In this document: in pieces, positions 13,902 to 26,114 of the stretch
Numbering within the stretch: position 1 is the stretch's first letter
Layout of the letters: every line of letters starts with the position of its first letter
Assembly: GCA_028534125.1 (NCBI GenBank)
Contig: CM052832.1
Location: 19,780,001 to 19,844,000, forward strand
Direction of reading: 5' to 3'
From: Lama glama
Lineage: Eukaryota
DNA: 64,000 nucleotides
Made by a program: the position numbers and the translations under genes
The notes under the pieces: generated by a model
Seen by the model: only the letters and a program-made list of their open reading frames with translations
Told to the model about the DNA's origin: nothing
Database searches by the model: none

Positions 13902-14608
13902 AAATCTGTAATTATGTGAGGTGATGGATATGTTAACCAACTTTATCGTGATAATCATTTTGCAACATATATGTGTATGAAATCAACACATTGTACATAC
14001 ACCTTGTGAAATGGTGTTTGTTAATTATATCTCAATGAAGCTGGAAAAAACTGTTAGTGATAAAATAATAAAAAAAAAATAACAGCAAGACAGTGGAATA
14101 TTATTCAGCATTGAAAAGAAATGAGCTATCAATTGATGAATAAACATGGAGGAAACTTAAATGTGTATTATTCAATGAAATAAGTCAATCTGAAAATGCT
14201 ACACACTATCAAACTATGAGTCCAACTATATGACATTGTGGAAAAGGCAAAACTTAAGAGACAGTTAAAAGATTGGTGGTTGCCAAGGTTTAAGGGAGAG
14301 GGTGAGATGAATATGCAGAGCACAGAGGATTTTTAGGGCAGTGAAACTATTGTTTATGATATTATAATGGATACATGTCATTACACATTTGCCAGAATCC
14401 CTGGAATGTACACCAAAGGTGAACCCTGCTGTAAACTAAGGACTTTGAGTGATAAAAACGTATCAGTGTAGGTCTGTTGACTATAACAAATGTGTTACAT
14501 TTCTGGTGTGGAAGAGGCTGGTTGTGTGGGGCAGTGGGTATGTGAGAGCCCTCTGCACTTTCTAAGTTGTGTTGTGAATACAAAACTCCTCTAAAAAATA
14601 AAGTTTAT
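11520..14608 (+). mobile_element. 5'-truncated L1 (L1MC1-like): decayed ORF2 RT/C-terminus plus 3' UTR
   Basis: ORF fragments IKYLGLNVTK...LYEENYKT...IKEELNKWKDIPCSWIG (12391-12780) and WKQPRCSSVGKWINKLWY (13475-13822); many stops and frameshifts; 3' UTR ending ctctaaaaaataaagtttatt. Confidence 0.93.
13763..14080 (+). mobile_element. Nested younger L1MA-type 3' end with (CA)n, inside the L1MC-like element
   Basis: atggtgactatagtta...gaaatttgctgagagtagatctta...tatgtgaggtgatggatatgttaa...tatatctcaatgaagctggaaaaaa interrupts the host L1, which resumes at acagtggaatattattcagc. Confidence 0.8.
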
Positions 14609-15969
14609 TACTATTTTTTTTCCAAGGAGGAGGGAAATGTGGATCAGAATTTTGGGAAAAAATATTCATGGAGTAAAGGGACCAGGGTAAGAAAGAAAGA
14701 AAGGAAAGAAGGAAGTTTTTTTGTTTGTTTGTTTGTTTTAAGCTCAGAGAACTACTTGAGTAGAGGGTTGGAGGTAAGACTGAGCATGAAATACAAAGGA
14801 ATACACAGAAATGGATGCATATCTGCCATCTGGAAATGGTAAAGATTAGTGAACTTAGGTACCTTGTACCCACACCTCTTGGAGCAAAGACAAATCAGAT
14901 CATTCCATTGTGGCCAGCCACAGGGCTGAGCCATGTCACCATAATTAGGCTTCTGCCAAATGCTGACTCTGAAGCATTTAGGTGCCTGAGACTTATCTAA
15001 TGGTGGGGATAATTTGATTCAGGGTTATCTAATTGCCAGCTGCTGAGTGGATATTTGTAAAATGCAATAATTATCTCAGGCAGTTTTTTCTTTTTAGTGA
15101 AACTGCAGTTGCTACTAATTATGAACAATGCAGTTAGCATTTTAGTGGGGTGTCATCCACAGTATAACAGTTACCACAGGTCAAAGGCATTCAGCTTGTT
15201 TTTGGTCTTTGGGATTTTTCTTTTTGACAGCATCAGAATAGCACAAAGAAGGGAAATTTCATGGAGGTTTTCCCCAAAGAATTATGGTTTTGCAGTAGCA
15301 CTGATTTATCATCCAAGAGACCAGTTCATAAAATAAAAATGTAATAAAACATAATGGGAATGGTTTTTCTTCTTCCCTCCACATAGCTTGTATTAACATT
15401 AATGGGAATTGTGCGTTAGTTTGGAAAGGGGTGGATGCCTGGTATTTTCAAAGGCTTTATATTTAGATGGATTCAATGAGAGGGTCTCATGTGCTTTATT
15501 CAAACACAATATAGAATAAAGGGAGGGACAGAGGGCCTCTCTTTGGAGAATACTCTGCTTTTTGTTAGGATAATTTGATTTATTTTACTGTTCAGAAGTG
15601 TGGAGAGATAGCAGGGGAGCCATGAGACACAGAGAGAGAAGGGTGCTGTTTCATTGCAAAGCCCAGTGCACTGTGAATAAGTTCACTTATAATAATAATT
15701 TCAAAACACAGCCTTGTAAAATGGATCTATTTCTTCTTGATTTAGTATTCCACGTGCTGTATTTTATTCTACCCCCAACTCTGACAACATAAAAAACATC
15801 TCAGAGGGGGAAAAAAAGTAATGATTTTTTTTTCTTCTCTAATTGAATCAGCCCCTTCAAGTCTCTCTGGAATTGCAGCCTTTGCCATGAGCAAACTGCC
15901 TTCCCTCACTTGGTGAGCGTGGTCCATGAGGTCGTGAGTGTTGCTGAGCAAGTAACACGACTCAGTTTA

Positions 15970-16490
15970 TTTTTTCTGATTAAAAAATATATATAACACA
16001 TTTTCATGGTGCAAAATTTGAAAACCTTCAGAAGGTGTAAAGAAAATAAAAAATACTCAAAATCTCACCATCCAGAAATACTTGATTGCTACATTGTAAT
16101 ATATGTGTATATATATATCCATCTATATGAATGTTTATGCATATGTTGTGAAGTTGACTGATACTGTATATGGAATTTTTACTTTGCCTTATACAATTAT
16201 TTTAAAATGACTATTTCCCCATGTCTGTATACAGTCTTTGAAAACAGGGTTTTAATGGCTAAATAATTGTCCATCCACTCATTTAATCAACCTCCTAGTG
16301 TGGAATATTTAGATTGTTTGCTAATGGGCAAAATCCTCTTTGTATAATATTTTTTGTGCAAGTAATTGACACAGAGTACTCTAAGTTTAATAATATTACG
16401 TATTTCAGTAGGTAAAAATATTATGTTGCTGTTTTAACTTTTGTTAGTTTGATTGATAGAGTTATTCAAATGTTTATTTGGCCATGCAGC
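15970..16490 (-). mobile_element. Ancient L1ME-like antisense fragments
   Basis: Degraded motifs (tttaatggctaaataattgtccat...tttaatcaacctccta...gaatatttagattgttt). Confidence 0.55.
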
Positions 16491-17369
16491 TGCAATTTGG
16501 TCACTAGACAGCAAACTAATAATACCACATAGAGCCTCACATCTGAGACTGGAGTTCATTTTGAGATATATTTTAATGTCACCTGTGGGCAAATAATTTA
16601 GGGCTGGAAGTTACAGATTTTATTATAGAACTCTTAGGAATAGCTTGTTTAAAACAGAAACATAATTATCCATGGATTAATAATGTCCATGTCCTCAAAT
16701 ATCTGTAAAATCTGTAGGCTAGTGAAAAAACCCATGTTTTCTTAGCAATCTGAAAGTAAATTTATTGTCTCAATACTTTGGGTGAGATGATATCAGATAT
16801 TGCTCTAGCTAAGTTCAGCTGTGAAACCTGCTGTAGACCCTCCTTGAATGACAACTCTTCTGAGTTTAATGGAGCAAAACTCAAATGTTGAAAAAAGAAT
16901 GCCTTCTTTTTTTGAGATGACAGTGTGTATTACCTCTTGACAAATGGAATAGGATAGAAGATTTTCTCTTAGGGACTCCAAATTCTCAAATTATCCCATT
17001 TCCTATTCACACCCTCATCTAGTAGTGAATTCTAAACTTGTAGTGATTTCCAGACCTGACAGCACTAGCATATTCTGATGACCTTTACACAAATACAAAG
17101 TCTGTGGCTATGACTCAGAAGTACTGACTCAGACTCTTCTGGTGGTGGGGGTGAAATATTACATGTACTTTCATTATTTTCTTGTTACCCTGAGTTCCAA
17201 CAAAATCTATGTATTGCTTTATCTAAAAGACCTATTCAACTCGTTCACAGTCAGTTGTAGATGACAGCCATTGGCTTCCAAATTTTAATCCTTTCAGCAT
17301 CATTGGCATGTTGACCGAAAACCAAGTCTAATACCATACTACGTCTTGTTTCTCAAAATGTTTGAAACA

Positions 17370-17505
17370 AGGTAATTCTTTGTTGTGTGGGAATATCCTG
17401 CATGTTACAGAATGTCTAGAATCGCAACATCTTCAATAACAGGTACATTTCCAATATGACAACGCCCCAAAATGCATGCTTGTTTTTCCAAGAGCCATTG
17501 AGAGG
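17370..17505. mobile_element. MER20-like hAT DNA transposon fragment
   Basis: ggtaattctttgttgtgtgggaatatcctgcatgttacagaatgtctag resembles MER20 (gataattctttgttgtgggggctgtcctgtgcattgtaggatgtttagc). Confidence 0.6.
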
Positions 17506-19174
17506 AGGTATAGAAGGAATATAGAATAAAGGCACAGTACTTCTCTTTAAGGAACTTACAATCATTTAGTGAGAAAGTACCCAGTTATAATAGAAAAGAA
17601 AGGTACAAACAAAGGTCTCGTAGAGTCTGATAGGGTAGAAGGGAGTGATGAGTTGATTTTCTACTTGCCTCTTAAAATTATTTTTTTTTTACTTAGATAT
17701 TACAGGCAGCTAGTTTAATGCAATCTCAAATAAAGTCGTAACAAAAACAACAACATCAATATTTGGCTCCCCTGAAGCAATCACTTTCAGTTTTATTAGC
17801 TACTTCTTTTCGGGCATATGTGTTGTATCTCTAAAAATACATGTATAACAGCTATCTCTTGATTTACTTTTAAAATTTTAAGCTGCTTATTATATTTTGG
17901 GATTGATTATTCTTGCATTCTCATATGCTGTCACTATTTAATATATTCTTTAGTTACATTTAGTTTCTTTTTATATATATATATGTATATTTTTTTTCCT
18001 GTACAGAACAGTCCCTACCTTCCACTTTATATGTTCTTCTTGTTTCTGTTTCTTCCACTAAACTCCCTGACAGAGCTGTCTCTTATTTTTATTAAAGTAA
18101 AAATTTCTCCAGTGATAACTGTCTTCTGTCCTGTTCTCTTTCTTCTTTTGGGTTTTGACTTGTAATTTCTTCGCTTTCATTTCAGTATGTTTTGGGGATA
18201 GTGCTGGAAAGGAGGTGAATATTTTGGATCAGTCCTCCACATTTAATGGTTTATCTCCAAAGCTGATTTTGACAGGAAGGGTTGGAGAAGATTCTACAGC
18301 GTAGTGACTTGAGAGGTGGGTCTTTGTAAATGACTTGTATTTGTACAGAGAGGTGAGATGAGAAGGAGATCCACTCACAGAGTGTGGTGGACACAAAGGC
18401 AGGATGGAGGAAAGGGCCTGGCCTCCCCTCCTCTGGTGGAGGAGAAAGGGAGACTCAGGGAGGTAAGAATGCATCTGTGGGCTGAGTTCCACCAGGGAGG
18501 GGTCTTTAATGACCCAGTACAGTGGTGACGATTGCACATATCTGTGGATTATAATTAAAACCTTTAAACTACACTACACTTCAAAAAAGAAATGTGAGGA
18601 GCCAGTGGTGACTTTTATTAAAAAATTGAAGCACTTATTAGAAGAATCACCAGGTAGGAAAATGGGATAGCTTATCTGAGGGTGAGAAATAAGGTTTTGC
18701 AGTGTCTCTAAATAGGGTCCCTTTTACTTTTGACAGGCATAGCAAGTGCTTCATCAGTGTTGGTCTGAATAATTATCAAGATGATTTGATGAGCTTTCAA
18801 ATTAGGACATCTGACTCTCAGAGGCATATTGTTATCTCAGAAATAGCTTAATCCACCCTGAATACTGTTTTTCCAGGGAAATCTTGTTCACTGTATCTTG
18901 ATGGCAGAAGAGTCTTTTCTCTCCCTCCCCACGTTGAAGTGCCTGCAGGCCCACTGCCACCCTTTTCTCTGAGGAGGGCAGTAGAGGCCCACAAATCATG
19001 CTTCATTCCAAGCTCTTTGTTTCCCTTTCTTTATTCAGGCTGGGTTTTCATCCTTTCCCTGAATTCTTACTTTTGCATAATTCTATCCTCAATTCTCAAG
19101 GGAATAATCTATCTATTGGGAAGTCCTCAACGTCTGCAACTTAGCACACTTGTATTTAAAAATCCTAGCGTCAC

Positions 19175-19286
19175 ATCTACCTGGGATTCAGGTTTCTCTT
19201 CAATAAAATGAGGGGATTAATAAAAAAAAAATTAAACTAAATTAAATTTAAATTAAATTTAAAAAATAAAATTAAAATTAAATAAT
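19175..19286 (+). mobile_element. Short polyadenylated retro-insertion (orphan 3' fragment) with TSD
   Basis: 17-bp direct repeats aaaaatcctagcgtcac (19158-19174) and aaaaatcttggagtcac (19287-19303); AATAAA at 19202; decayed A-rich tail about 19222-19286; TT/AAAA L1 endonuclease site. Confidence 0.7.
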
Positions 19287-19819
19287 AAAAATCTTGGAGT
19301 CACCAATATAGAATGGGAGGGCTGAAAGCTACCTTACAGAGCAGCATATAACCCTTGCCTCTTGCAGAAGCTGAAAACCATAAAAGTGACTTGACTTCCT
19401 CAGGGTCTCAAGTTATAGATTAATAGCATTAGGACTAGAATCTGTGTCTCCAAACTCCATAGTTTTTGCTGTATGATTGTACTATCTTTTTGGCAGCTGG
19501 TACCCATAATGTGTTTGGCAACTAAGAAAGCATAATTCATTACCATGAAATTAAAATGTTCGTTTGCGTTTTTTTTTTAATATCTCCATTTCTATCCCAT
19601 TTCAGTTTGTACTAAAATTCAAGTAAAATTCTTGTCTCTCCTTACCAGAGGATTTATTTATTTTTATTAACATATGCCATGTATTATATACCATGTTAAG
19701 CTCTGTGAGGGATTTTGAAAAAAGATGAAAATAGAATGTCTATTTGGAAAGACAAGATATAAACAAAAAAGAGCCAAGCAAGTTTAAATAACATAAGAGC
19801 AGGAAGGAAGGGTAGTTAT

Positions 19820-20549
19820 TTTTTTAAACTTTTTTTTTGATTTATAATCATTTTACAATGTTGTGTCAAATTCCAGTGTAGAGCACAATTTTTCAGTTAT
19901 ACATGAACATGTATATATTCATTGTCACATTTTTTTTCTCTGTGAGCTACCATAAGATCTTGTATATATTTCCCTGTGCTATACAGTATAATCTTATTTA
20001 TCTATTCTACAGTTTTGAAATCCCAGTCTATCTCTTCCCACCCCCGCCCCCTTGGCAACCACAAGTTTATATTCTATGTCTGTGAGTCTATTTTTGTTTT
20101 GTATTTATGCTTTGTTTGTTTTTGTTTTTTTTTCAGATTCCAAATATGAGTGATCTCATATGGTATTTTTCTTTCTCCTTCTGGCTTACTTCACTTAGAA
20201 TGACATTCTCCAGGAGCATCCATGTTGCTGCAAATGGCGTTATGTTGTCAGTTTTTATGGCTGAGTAGTATTCCATTGTATAAATATACCACCTCTTCTT
20301 TATCCAGTCATCTGTTATTGGACATTTAGGCTGTTTCCATGTCTTGGCTATTGTAAATAATGCTTCTGTGAACACTGGGGTGCAGGTGTCATCCTGAAGT
20401 AGGGTTCTTTCTGGATATATGCCCAGGAGTGGGATTCCTGGGTCATATGGTAAGTCTATTCCTAGTCTTCTGAGGAATCTCCATACTGTTTTCGATAGTG
20501 GCTGCACCAAACTGCATTCCCACAAGCAGTGAAGGAGGGTTCCCTTTTC
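19820..20549 (-). mobile_element. Young 5'-truncated L1 (ORF2 C-terminus, 3' UTR, polyA)
   Basis: Perfect 16-bp TSD aaggaagggtagttat (19804-19819 and 20550-20565); uninterrupted 130-aa ORF2 C-terminal frame 20133-20525 ([14 protein letters not shown]...IAKTWKQPKCP...WYIYTMEYYSAIK); poly-T at the left end. Confidence 0.97.
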
Positions 20550-20929
20550 AAGGAAGGGTAGTTATAACTAGTTGCCAAGTGAATGATCTGTACTATCAGA
20601 GCTCTGAGTTCTGATGGGAAAAGCTTTGCTGAGGGGAGAAGTAAGAATTTGAAATAAGCCTTGAGGGCTGGGTCGATCTGGATATTTGGAGCAAAGGTAC
20701 ACAACGTTTCAGGTAGAATGTTCGTCATAATGCCCATCTCCCCTAGGCTGGATGCTTGCCTAGTGCTAGGCAGGCCGATATGCTCTCACGTTCAGAGTCA
20801 AACACACCCATAACTTATACTGCACTGCAACAGAGTTTTCAGAGGTCCTGGATAAAATGCATTAGAAGCAAAATGGATAATAGTGACATAATCACAGTAA
20901 ACTGACCTTATTTTTAATATTTCCCAGGC

Positions 20930-21330
20930 TTTTTACCCATGTTGTAGAATTAAAAATTCACAAAACCCTCAGAAATAGGTCAGCATTATCACTGATTCAC
21001 AGGTGAGCAAAATTGAGGGTTCTAACTATGGTCAGGACCTTAAGTGCATATGAGAAGAGGATCACAGGAAGTACTTTTAATTTAAAAGATACCTGTACCA
21101 GGACCCACCCCTACAAGTTCTGACTTTAGAGTCTGCAGTAGGGTGGGAGTATTGGAGGCATGGCTGTGGTTGTGGTTGTGGTTATTTAAACCTCTTGTGT
21201 TATATTAATGTGCAAACAGGGCTGAGAATTCCTGGCTTAGAGGAACCAAAGAACAGTTCCAAGTTCCTACATCTAATAAATGGCAAGTTCAGGGTTTAGG
21301 CTGACAGGTCTGACTGGAACGTCTGTCATT
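20930..21330 (-). mobile_element. MIR interrupted by a MER5-like DNA transposon (about 21040-21240)
   Basis: MIR core (cactgattcacaggtgagcaaaattgagg) resumes at ccaagttcctacatctaataaatggcaag; the middle has MER5-like accaggacccacccctacaagttctgact...gggctgagaattcctggcttag. Confidence 0.6.
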
Positions 21331-22959
21331 CCATCAGGTTGGCTGAGAGCACTCTGAACAAGGGGTATGTATGTGCTTGGACACTCAGGAAAAGATGTGC
21401 TCAGGGCATATTGAGTACTACGGTTTGGTTACCTGGAGAACTAACAGTGTAAGGTGGGAAATAATATTGATAAAAGATGCTTCACTCTACATTTCAGACT
21501 CCATATGCTAGGCAACACTGTGGCATCTCAGAAATGGAAGAAACCCTGCAGGCTTTGTTCTGGCCACTGGTAATGCCTGAACCACTGTTCTCCACTCTAA
21601 GTACTCACAAATGATTAGTCCAGGGTCTAGATGGTTGATATGCAAAGGCTGTGCTCACGGTTATGCTGGACATAAACCTGTCTGAAATAGAACAGACATA
21701 ACTGAAGCCACGGGCATAAGACAGATAAGCTTTCAAGGTCCCATCCAGACCTCTGACTGCGAGAATTAAAAGGATCCCATCGAGGCTACTGAGCACATCA
21801 CAGAATAGACTGGGTCTGATTATTGGAGGACAGAGTTTCATTGTCACAATTGTCATCTCCCTAACAACATACAGGCAGGCCTGTCAGGCCTCAGAATCCA
21901 CACTTTTAAGACAGAGGCTGGGACTTCTCTCACATGAAACCATCCTCAGTTCTTCGATCTAGTGTCCCCACTGGAAGAGTCATTTGACACCACCAGTTTT
22001 ATTCTGGGGCTGCGGGATTTCACCACCGAATAAAGGAGTAATTCACGAGGCTCTGAGATTCACAGCTGAGGCAAGGGTAGTGCCACGTAGGATGGAATCC
22101 TGTATCAGTTAGGCTCCTGTCCCAGCGTCTTCCTGTGTTGAGTATTCTCGGTTCCTGCATTCCTACCTCTCCCTACCTTGATAAACGTTCTTCAGACCTT
22201 TAGTTCTCTACCACCTTTTCTCTCCACCCCCTTTTGCTTGCTTCCCCTCATGGGTTTCCAGGCACCTGGGGAGCCAGCGAAATCCTGCTCTTGCTCTTCG
22301 CTTCTGTGAAATGATGGTGGAGTGAGTGGGTGGTTCGCCTATAAGAGGTCTTTGGAAAAGAATGCATTGATTTCTCTGTGGATTTTTTTTTAAAGGCTTT
22401 GGGACATGACTGAGGGAATGACTAATTACTATTTATGACTGTTTCATTCGGAGCTAATTGCTGGAGCTGCTGCTGATGCAGGGCCCTTCAGTGCTGTTCT
22501 GTACCAAATGTGCAAACAGTAATAAAATGTTCGATGGAGGTCTTTGCACACCACTCTTGAAATGGAGTCAGTGTGTGTTTGCATATAGGTATGAATGCAC
22601 ATGGGTACACTCACACATACACACACGTTTTCACAGATTTAGACAAGAGTCTAGAGGTCATTTTTAAAAACTCTCTATTTCTAATAGGTCACAGATGTAC
22701 ATGAGAGTCAGTTGTCAAGGTGTCCTGAACCATGCTGGCCTGCTGGACTCATGTGAGAAATGAAGCAACTGAGGAACTTTATACTTTTCTTCCCCCACCA
22801 CCTGGGTTGTCCAAATGAGCAGTGGCAGGAGAATGGTACAGAAACATTAGCTGGATTCATCAGAGTTTGATTATAATAAAAGGAAAAGGGTAGAAATAGT
22901 AAATGGGGACTGAAGGGGTTTCTCCGAGTTTCTCTTTGACTTTCCTTTAATGGATTCTC

Positions 22960-23170
22960 CTACTTTATGTGAACTCAAGGCAGCTGCATTTTATATGGGG
23001 TGTGTTCAGGGATGTGATATAGGCAGAGCTGCTCACATCTGGGGAGCAGCTTTTGGTCTGGGCCATGAAAGGTGTTCCCAAGACGTATCCCCAACCTCTG
23101 GGCATGCATGTTTCTCCAAAGCGTGTGACAGCAATAGGGAAATACAGGCCCGGACCTGTTTCAGGGAAAC
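22960..23170 (-). promoter_or_regulatory. Candidate minus-strand TATA promoter
   Basis: TATAAAA (minus) 22989-22995, adjacent CACACCCC, E-boxes CAGCTG 22981 and CATCTG 23036. Confidence 0.25.
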
Positions 23171-23248
23171 TGCAGACTAGAATGACCAAGGAGAGGGCTT
23201 TAAGTCTCCATGGCTATTTTTTTGTTTGTTTCCAAGTTCAATAAGTAT

Positions 23249-23318
23249 TTTTTCTTAATTGAAGTACAGTTGATTTACAGTGTTGTGTTAGTTTGCAATG
23301 TACAGCACAGTGATTCAG

Positions 23319-23352
<34 letters not shown>

Positions 23353-23485
23353 TCTTTTTCATTATAGATTATTACAAGCTATTGAGTATAGTTCCCTGTG
23401 CTCTATAGTAGGACTTTGTTATGTATCTATTCTGTATACAGTGGTTTGTATCTGCTAATCCCAAACTCCCGATTTATCCCTCCAC
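23249..23485 (-). mobile_element. L1 3' UTR fragment with (CA)n(TA)n microsatellite
   Basis: ttaattgaagtacagttgatttacagtgttgtgttagtt...tatagttccctgtgctctatagtagg...ctaatcccaaactcccgatttatccctcc, typical laurasiatherian L1 tail. Confidence 0.88.
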
Positions 23486-24305
23486 TTCTTCTTAAGGTAA
23501 ATCTGTCTCAGTTCAGTACAATAGTCCAAATTGTGTCATTGTCTTTTCTAGCTAACATGGTATGTATACTCAGGAAAGTTTGACTTTTTTAGCGGGGGTG
23601 CAGAGGAGAGGGAAGTATACTAAACAACGGTATACATAACAATCCCACTTTAACGTCCATGAAAATGTTGATTTGTTTAGTGGTGAGAGTTTCAACTATA
23701 TACAAAGTATATAAAGGAGTGAATTCATTAAAAAACTAATCAATGAGAACCAGCCTTTTCTTCTGGCTTCCCCCTCAGAGAAAGCAAGACAGACCTGGGT
23801 TTGGCTTCTAGAAGAGGCTGGGACAGAGATTCTGCAGGATTGTCCATTTTGGGCGAGGATGGGAAAGGGCTTGGAGGTGAGAGTAGAAGCAGCTGCCTTG
23901 CCCTTGAGGAAGGAAGGGATGCTGAAACTGGAATAGGTTTTTCCACCAGGGTCATGGAAGGATGCCTGGCACCCTGCTTCTGCCCAGATCCCCAGGACAG
24001 GGAATATTTGGGGGGCACTCATGCATATTGAATCCCAAGTCCTAGGCTCACAGCCTGACGCAGGTCTCTGACACAGAAGCAGAGTTTCCCTCTTCTAAGG
24101 CCACCTGAGGGACTGGACAATGAGCAGCACAAAGGCAACCACAACAGACAGATGCCCGGGACTCCTGCTCATGGTAGGGCAGTACCCAGAACCATCTTCG
24201 GTGATGCTAGGACAGAGGAATCATTCTTCCACTGTGAAGGCAGTTGAATTTCTCTCCATCATTGAGACAGGGTTTCAGAGTCAGAAATAAGTTGACTTAG
24301 AAAAT

Positions 24306-24805
24306 NNNNNNNNNNNNNNNNNNNNNNNNNNNNNNNNNNNNNNNNNNNNNNNNNNNNNNNNNNNNNNNNNNNNNNNNNNNNNNNNNNNNNNNNNNNNNNN
24401 NNNNNNNNNNNNNNNNNNNNNNNNNNNNNNNNNNNNNNNNNNNNNNNNNNNNNNNNNNNNNNNNNNNNNNNNNNNNNNNNNNNNNNNNNNNNNNNNNNNN
24501 NNNNNNNNNNNNNNNNNNNNNNNNNNNNNNNNNNNNNNNNNNNNNNNNNNNNNNNNNNNNNNNNNNNNNNNNNNNNNNNNNNNNNNNNNNNNNNNNNNNN
24601 NNNNNNNNNNNNNNNNNNNNNNNNNNNNNNNNNNNNNNNNNNNNNNNNNNNNNNNNNNNNNNNNNNNNNNNNNNNNNNNNNNNNNNNNNNNNNNNNNNNN
24701 NNNNNNNNNNNNNNNNNNNNNNNNNNNNNNNNNNNNNNNNNNNNNNNNNNNNNNNNNNNNNNNNNNNNNNNNNNNNNNNNNNNNNNNNNNNNNNNNNNNN
24801 NNNNN
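24306..24805. other. Assembly gap (500 N)
   Basis: Run of exactly 500 n, likely a fixed-size scaffold placeholder. Confidence 0.99.
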
Positions 24806-24838
24806 TTTGTTTGTTTGTTTGTTTGTTTGTTTGTTTTT
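24806..24838. repeat. (TTTG)n microsatellite at the gap edge
   Basis: tttgtttgtttgtttg... Confidence 0.95.
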
Positions 24839-26114
24839 TAATACTTGTGGTAGTTGATGAACTGGAAGACGACATTATCACCAATACATTGGATATGGAT
24901 AATTACAAATATAATCTAGATACAATTTTATTTTGTCTTCTTTATCCCTTTAACATTTATTCAAGATGAGATGAGTAGATGGATGGTTATCTACTATCCC
25001 AGGATGGAAACTTGGGAAACCCTGTGACTTCTCTACTTACACTCAGGCAGACAGATATATATTCACATTAGATCACCGAACACAGTATTGTTTCAAAAAG
25101 TGAAATGTGTCCAAAATATTAATAAATGCTTCATTCTTTATTTAAAAAAAAAAGATTTCTCCCTTCTGTTAACTTTTGATTGGTGGCTGCCTGGCCTCAG
25201 GAAAGGCACTGGGATAGATTTCTGCCTTATGTTCCCTCTCCCATTTACCTTATCCTGACTTTTGCTGGCAGCATTCATAGATCCTGCCAGTGTCAAGTTT
25301 GGGTAGAGAAGATTGGAATGGGCATAGGGCAATCTTACTTGGCTAGATGGTTTTCTTTTCTCTGGGCCTCAGAGATGGTAAAAACTGACCCCTTCCCCCT
25401 TGATGCACTTTCATTGGTTATTGGTGATTGTCATTGCTGGGAGCCTTGCAAGACAAGGAGAGCCTTGATTGGAAACGTGCACCTCTATTTCAGTGGATCC
25501 TTTGGTTCTTTCAGCAGCTCTTAGAAATTTAACGTACACAAACCTCCAGTTAAGTAGCATTTGCTTCCTGCACACTGTCCCTCTAAGTGGTCTTGTTGTA
25601 TTAGAAGTAAGAGCAGCCCACTCTGTCTCTTTTTTCTTCAAGGCTGGCCTATGTCTGTTCATTGCAAACATCAGCCCATCTTTTGCTAAATGTAATGCAG
25701 GCACGTCTATCATCTTCCACGGCCTGCTTTGGTTTTCTTAGGCTTAGGTGGGACTCCAGGTCCTGTGATTCTCCCCAAAGTGGTAAACATATTTAAGGCA
25801 TTCTTAGTTGTCCCCTGGATGCTTTTCTCACCTGCCTGTAGGTAAAGGAGATAGTTAGCCCCACTGTTGCTCCTTGGGGTGGAAGATGGGCTCACAGAAA
25901 AGCAAAGGCTATCTTCAAAAGTAATCATCTTCACAAATTTTTCTCTCTGACATCTTTTTATGACATATGTACTTTTGTGTATATTAGCTATAGTTTAATA
26001 ACAAAGTTGAAGGCCTTTCATCAAACTATTACTTATTCTTTATTGACAGAGTGTCCTAAAATTTGTTATTATTTTAAAATTTCAATAACTCTTCTAGACT
26101 GGACAGCAGGTTAC

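Noticed and set aside
15851..15911. Possible plus-strand exon (CAG ... TTG|GTGAGC)
   Set aside because: Acceptor only moderate, with no recognisable reading frame or partner exon.
20133..20525. 130-aa ORF with a clearly protein-like sequence
   Set aside because: C-terminus of L1 ORF2 in a 5'-truncated copy with no promoter or upstream coding region.
21165..21183. Three tandem TGTGGT (RUNX-like) motifs
   Set aside because: Short tandem expansion inside a MER5-like element with no other support.
24297..24884. 195-aa ORF, the longest in the track
   Set aside because: Artefact of translating across the 500-N gap.
25411..25934. Adjacent minus-strand ORFs of 74 and 100 aa
   Set aside because: No recognisable homology or convincing splice signals; lengths are within chance expectation.
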